Shown here: positions 61,288-64,000 of the stretch, piece by piece
Position numbering within the stretch: the first letter of the stretch is position 1
How the letters are laid out: the number at the start of each line of letters is the position of its first letter
DNA from: a virus
IMG/VR virus record: IMGVR_UViG_3300050343_000110
DNA: 64,000 nt
Reading direction: 5' to 3' (one strand)
The notes under the pieces: model-generated
Database searches by the model: none
What the model was told of the DNA's origin: nothing
What the model saw: the letters and a program-made list of their open reading frames with translations, nothing else
Made by a program: the position numbers and the translations under genes

Positions 61288-61861
61288 TATGATTATCGAC
61301 TTGGCAATGACATGGTGGCAGTTTACTGTAGTAGGTATTCTCATCATTATAGGTTTTATCATCAATATGTTTGGTGTAGATAACAAAGACAAAAGACTTG
61401 GATTTGAATACAAGGAAATGCCACATATGCAACCAATAGCAATCCCAACAGCCGGAAAAGGTTTTTGGAGTGCAATCTGGATGTGGTTGATGGGTTCAAG
61501 ACATTGGGTAGTGTCAAAAGACTTTCACTACACAATTGATGAAGTTGACTATGTAATTCCAAAAGGATTTATGTTTGACGGAGCATCCATACCTAAGTTC
61601 CTACATACCTGGCTATCCCCCACAGGAGTACTGCTGATGGGTGGTCTTGTTCACGACTATGCATACAAGTATGCAACACTCAGAGGAAAAGATGGCGGCA
61701 CATGGGGTAAGATGAATCAGAAAGAGGCAGACCAAATCTTTCGTGACATAAATATAGAACAGAATGGTTTTCACTTTCTAAACTATCTTGCATATTGGGC
61801 GTTAAGAATTGGTGGCTTCGTTGCATGGAACGGCCATAGAAAAAACGACAAGAAAAAGTAG
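61280..61861 (+). CDS. DUF1353-like membrane-anchored protein
   Basis: IPKGFMFDGASIP, LVHDYAY, ADQIF. Confidence 0.75.
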   Translation: MIDMIIDLAMTWWQFTVVGILIIIGFIINMFGVDNKDKRLGFEYKEMPHMQPIAIPTAGKGFWSAIWMWLMGSRHWVVSKDFHYTIDEVDYVIPKGFMFDGASIPKFLHTWLSPTGVLLMGGLVHDYAYKYATLRGKDGGTWGKMNQKEADQIFRDINIEQNGFHFLNYLAYWALRIGGFVAWNGHRKNDKKK

Positions 61862-61879
61862 AATGGAATAGATATTGCA

Positions 61880-62335
61880 ATGGCTACAGTAAAGACGATT
61901 GAAACGGAAGTTGAACTTCTAAAAAGAGAAGTTGCTGACATGAAGCAAATTCATGTGAGGTTGGATTCTGCTATCGAAAAGATTGCAGACGTTTCAACGT
62001 CTTTACATACTATCATGGCAGTGCATGAAGAGAAATTAATTAGACAGGAAGAAGCATTGGAAGGACAGGAAAAGGAGTTCAGAGATAGCGTTCAAGAACT
62101 GCATAGTAGAATTACGACCAATGCAAAAGAAACATCAACGCAGATGGGGGAAATGGAACGCCGTCTACATGATGCAATGAATGAACACAATCGTAAAGAA
62201 ACAGAACAGTTCATACGGTTGCGTGAAGAATTATCAACCAGAGTAGGCATACTGGAAAAATGGAGATACCTAATCATAGGCGGCTCTATCGTCATAGGAT
62301 TTGCACTTACAGAGATACTACCAATCTTTATGTAA
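61880..62335 (+). CDS. coiled-coil protein with C-terminal TM helix (possibly lysis-related)
   Basis: RLDSAIEKI..AVHEEK..LEKWRY plus a hydrophobic tail. Confidence 0.5.
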   Translation: MATVKTIETEVELLKREVADMKQIHVRLDSAIEKIADVSTSLHTIMAVHEEKLIRQEEALEGQEKEFRDSVQELHSRITTNAKETSTQMGEMERRLHDAMNEHNRKETEQFIRLREELSTRVGILEKWRYLIIGGSIVIGFALTEILPIFM

Positions 62336-62341
62336 AATCTA

Positions 62342-62370
62342 TTGACAAGTGAGATGAAAACGTGTATATT
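62342..62370 (+). promoter_or_regulatory. sigma70-like promoter of primase (probably leaderless)
   Basis: TTGACA-N17-TATATT; ATG about 8 nt downstream, no SD. Confidence 0.6.
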
Positions 62371-62377
62371 ATGACTT

Positions 62378-63396
62378 ATGAATTACATTGACACAAAATA
62401 TATTTCACTGATATCACACAGACTAAGAAACTTCACAAAGAAGGGTGACTTCTTGTGGAACTTTTCTTGTCCATTCTGTGGTGATTCTCAGAGGAATAAG
62501 AAGAAGGCCAGGGGTTTTGTTTATAGAACAAAGAGTGACTTGTTCTATAAATGTCACAACTGTGCTCATGGTACTAACCTATCTAAACTCATTGAGTATG
62601 TAGATCCAAATACACATAAAGAATATGTGATGGAGAGATACAAAGAGGGTAGTAACGGTACACCATACAAGGGTGCATATAAAACACCAGAACCAGATTT
62701 CATTTTTGAAAGTCCTGTGTTCAAAACCTTTGACGGACTAAGTAGTTTTGCAGAATTGGATGATACACATCCGGCTGTCAAATTTTTATTGGATAGAATG
62801 CTTCCTAGAGATTCTTGGAACGATATATATTTCTGTCCAAAGTTTTTTGAGTTTACTAATCGTTATGTTCCAAATAAGTTTCCTTCACTGAATGGCGATC
62901 ATCCTCGTATGATTATTCCTTTTAGAAAAGAAGATGGAACTATATTTGCTTATCAAGGAAGAGCGTTTGGTAAAGAAAAACAAAAGTATATTACTATCAT
63001 TTTGGACAAAGAATGTCCTAAAGATATTTGGGCTTGATAGGGTGGACACTTCTAGGAGATATTTTTGTCGTGGAAGGCCCTTTTGATAGTCTTTTTATTA
63101 CCAAACTGTATTGCGGTCGCTCAAAGTGATTTGCGTGTACCTCAATACAAAGATAAGGCAGTTCTTGTTCCAGATAACGAACCAAGAAACAAACAAGTAA
63201 TGTAAACAAATAGAACAGTGTAGTTGAAGATGGATATAGTGTTGTTGTCTGGCCACATGGGGTAAAAGAAAAAGATATAAACGATATGATTATTATCTGG
63301 AATGGACGCTCAGCAGAGATTCAAGAAATTATACATAATAACACCCATAAAGGATTACAAGCACAAACCGTTTTCAGTTCGTGGAAAAAAATATAG
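62378..63396 (+). CDS. gp61: DNA primase gp61 (several indels after 63020)
   Basis: CPFCGDS, KCHNC, IIPF, YQGRA, VEGPFDS, DNEPRN, KDINDM across frames. Confidence 0.92.
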
Positions 63397-63417
63397 GAAA
63401 CATTAGGAGATACAAAC

Positions 63418-64000
63418 ATGGCCCTTGAGAACGTAGTAACATTCCCAAGTGCTGAGGAAAGTGGTCTTTCACACCTTGGCATTACAATTGACAAAAGATA
63501 GAGACAAAGATTTATCAGAACAAGCATACAAACTACTCAAGGACTATTATTGTAACGAAAATGAAAATTCACCACAACAGGCATATGCACGAGCAGCAGT
63601 TGCATATTGTGATGGACGATTTAGAACTTGCACAAAGAATTTATGATGCAGTATCCAAAGGTTGGTTCATGTTTGCATCACCAGTATTATCGAATGCACC
63701 AATGCCTGGGCAGAAAGCAAGAGCATTACCTATTTCGTGTTTTTTAACTTATGTACCAGATTCACTTGGAAGGACTTATTGACCACTCAGCAGAGTTGCG
63801 TTGGTTGTCAGTCAAGGGTGGTGGTGTCGGTGGACACTGGAGTGATATTCGTGCAATCTCTGACAAAGCACCAGGCCCGATGCCATTTCTTGCATACCGT
63901 AGATGCAGACATGACTGCATACAGACAGGGTAAGACAAGGAAAGGTTCTTACGCCGCATACATGGATGTATCACATCCAGACATCATTGAATTCTTAAAC
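63418..64000 (+). CDS. nrdA: class I ribonucleotide reductase alpha subunit, 3'-truncated, with indels
   Basis: SPQQAYARAA, FMFASPVLSNA, LPISCFL, GGGVG, QGKTRKGSYAAY, HPDIIEF. Confidence 0.88.

Noticed and set aside
466-63974. Most minus-strand and nested alternative-frame ORFs in the track
   Set aside because: They are shadows of well-supported + strand genes and lack RBS or motifs; only 16046-16345 was kept.
4322-64000. Many split genes (gp13, 16, 17, 20, 21, 23, uvsY, 62, 43, 61, nrdA) as programmed frameshifts, pseudogenes or a split polymerase
   Set aside because: The breaks hit essential genes indiscriminately, often at short homopolymers (e.g. GACCCC), and homology resumes at once in the next frame. 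This fits uncorrected long-read indels.

Overview
This 64 kb window is part of an AT-rich, T4-like myovirus genome, probably marine (HTVC008M/cyanomyovirus-like gene order, no photosynthesis genes seen; likely a heterotrophic proteobacterial, possibly alphaproteobacterial, host). Almost all genes are on the + strand. In order: tail/fibre proteins, neck gp13-15, two fibre-tip cassettes flanking gp16, gp17-gp23, gp3, uvsY/uvsW, gp55, gp47/46, hsp20, gp45/44/62, regA, gp43, uvsX, gp41, a block of putative head-packaged proteins, spanins, primase gp61 and the start of nrdA. Many essential genes are broken by single-base indels, most likely long-read sequencing errors. Highlights: (1) directly after gp43, a C5-cytosine methyltransferase with Arg replacing the motif-X Asn is coupled to a CmoA-like carboxy-SAM synthase, predicting 5-carboxymethylcytosine DNA modification. 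(2) An MsmA-like (methanesulfonate monooxygenase alpha) protein keeps its mononuclear iron site but has lost the Rieske cluster segment in frame. (3) Several enzymes (RimK-RimB fusion, nucleotidyltransferase polyprotein, PAP2 phosphatase, HAD nucleotidase) carry N-termini like the T4 capsid-targeting sequence. (4) There are structured intergenic RNAs (a kissing-loop/pseudoknot element, a ROSE-like thermometer, the uvsY leader) and probable leaderless replication transcripts. All family calls come from motif recognition by eye; no database searches were run.
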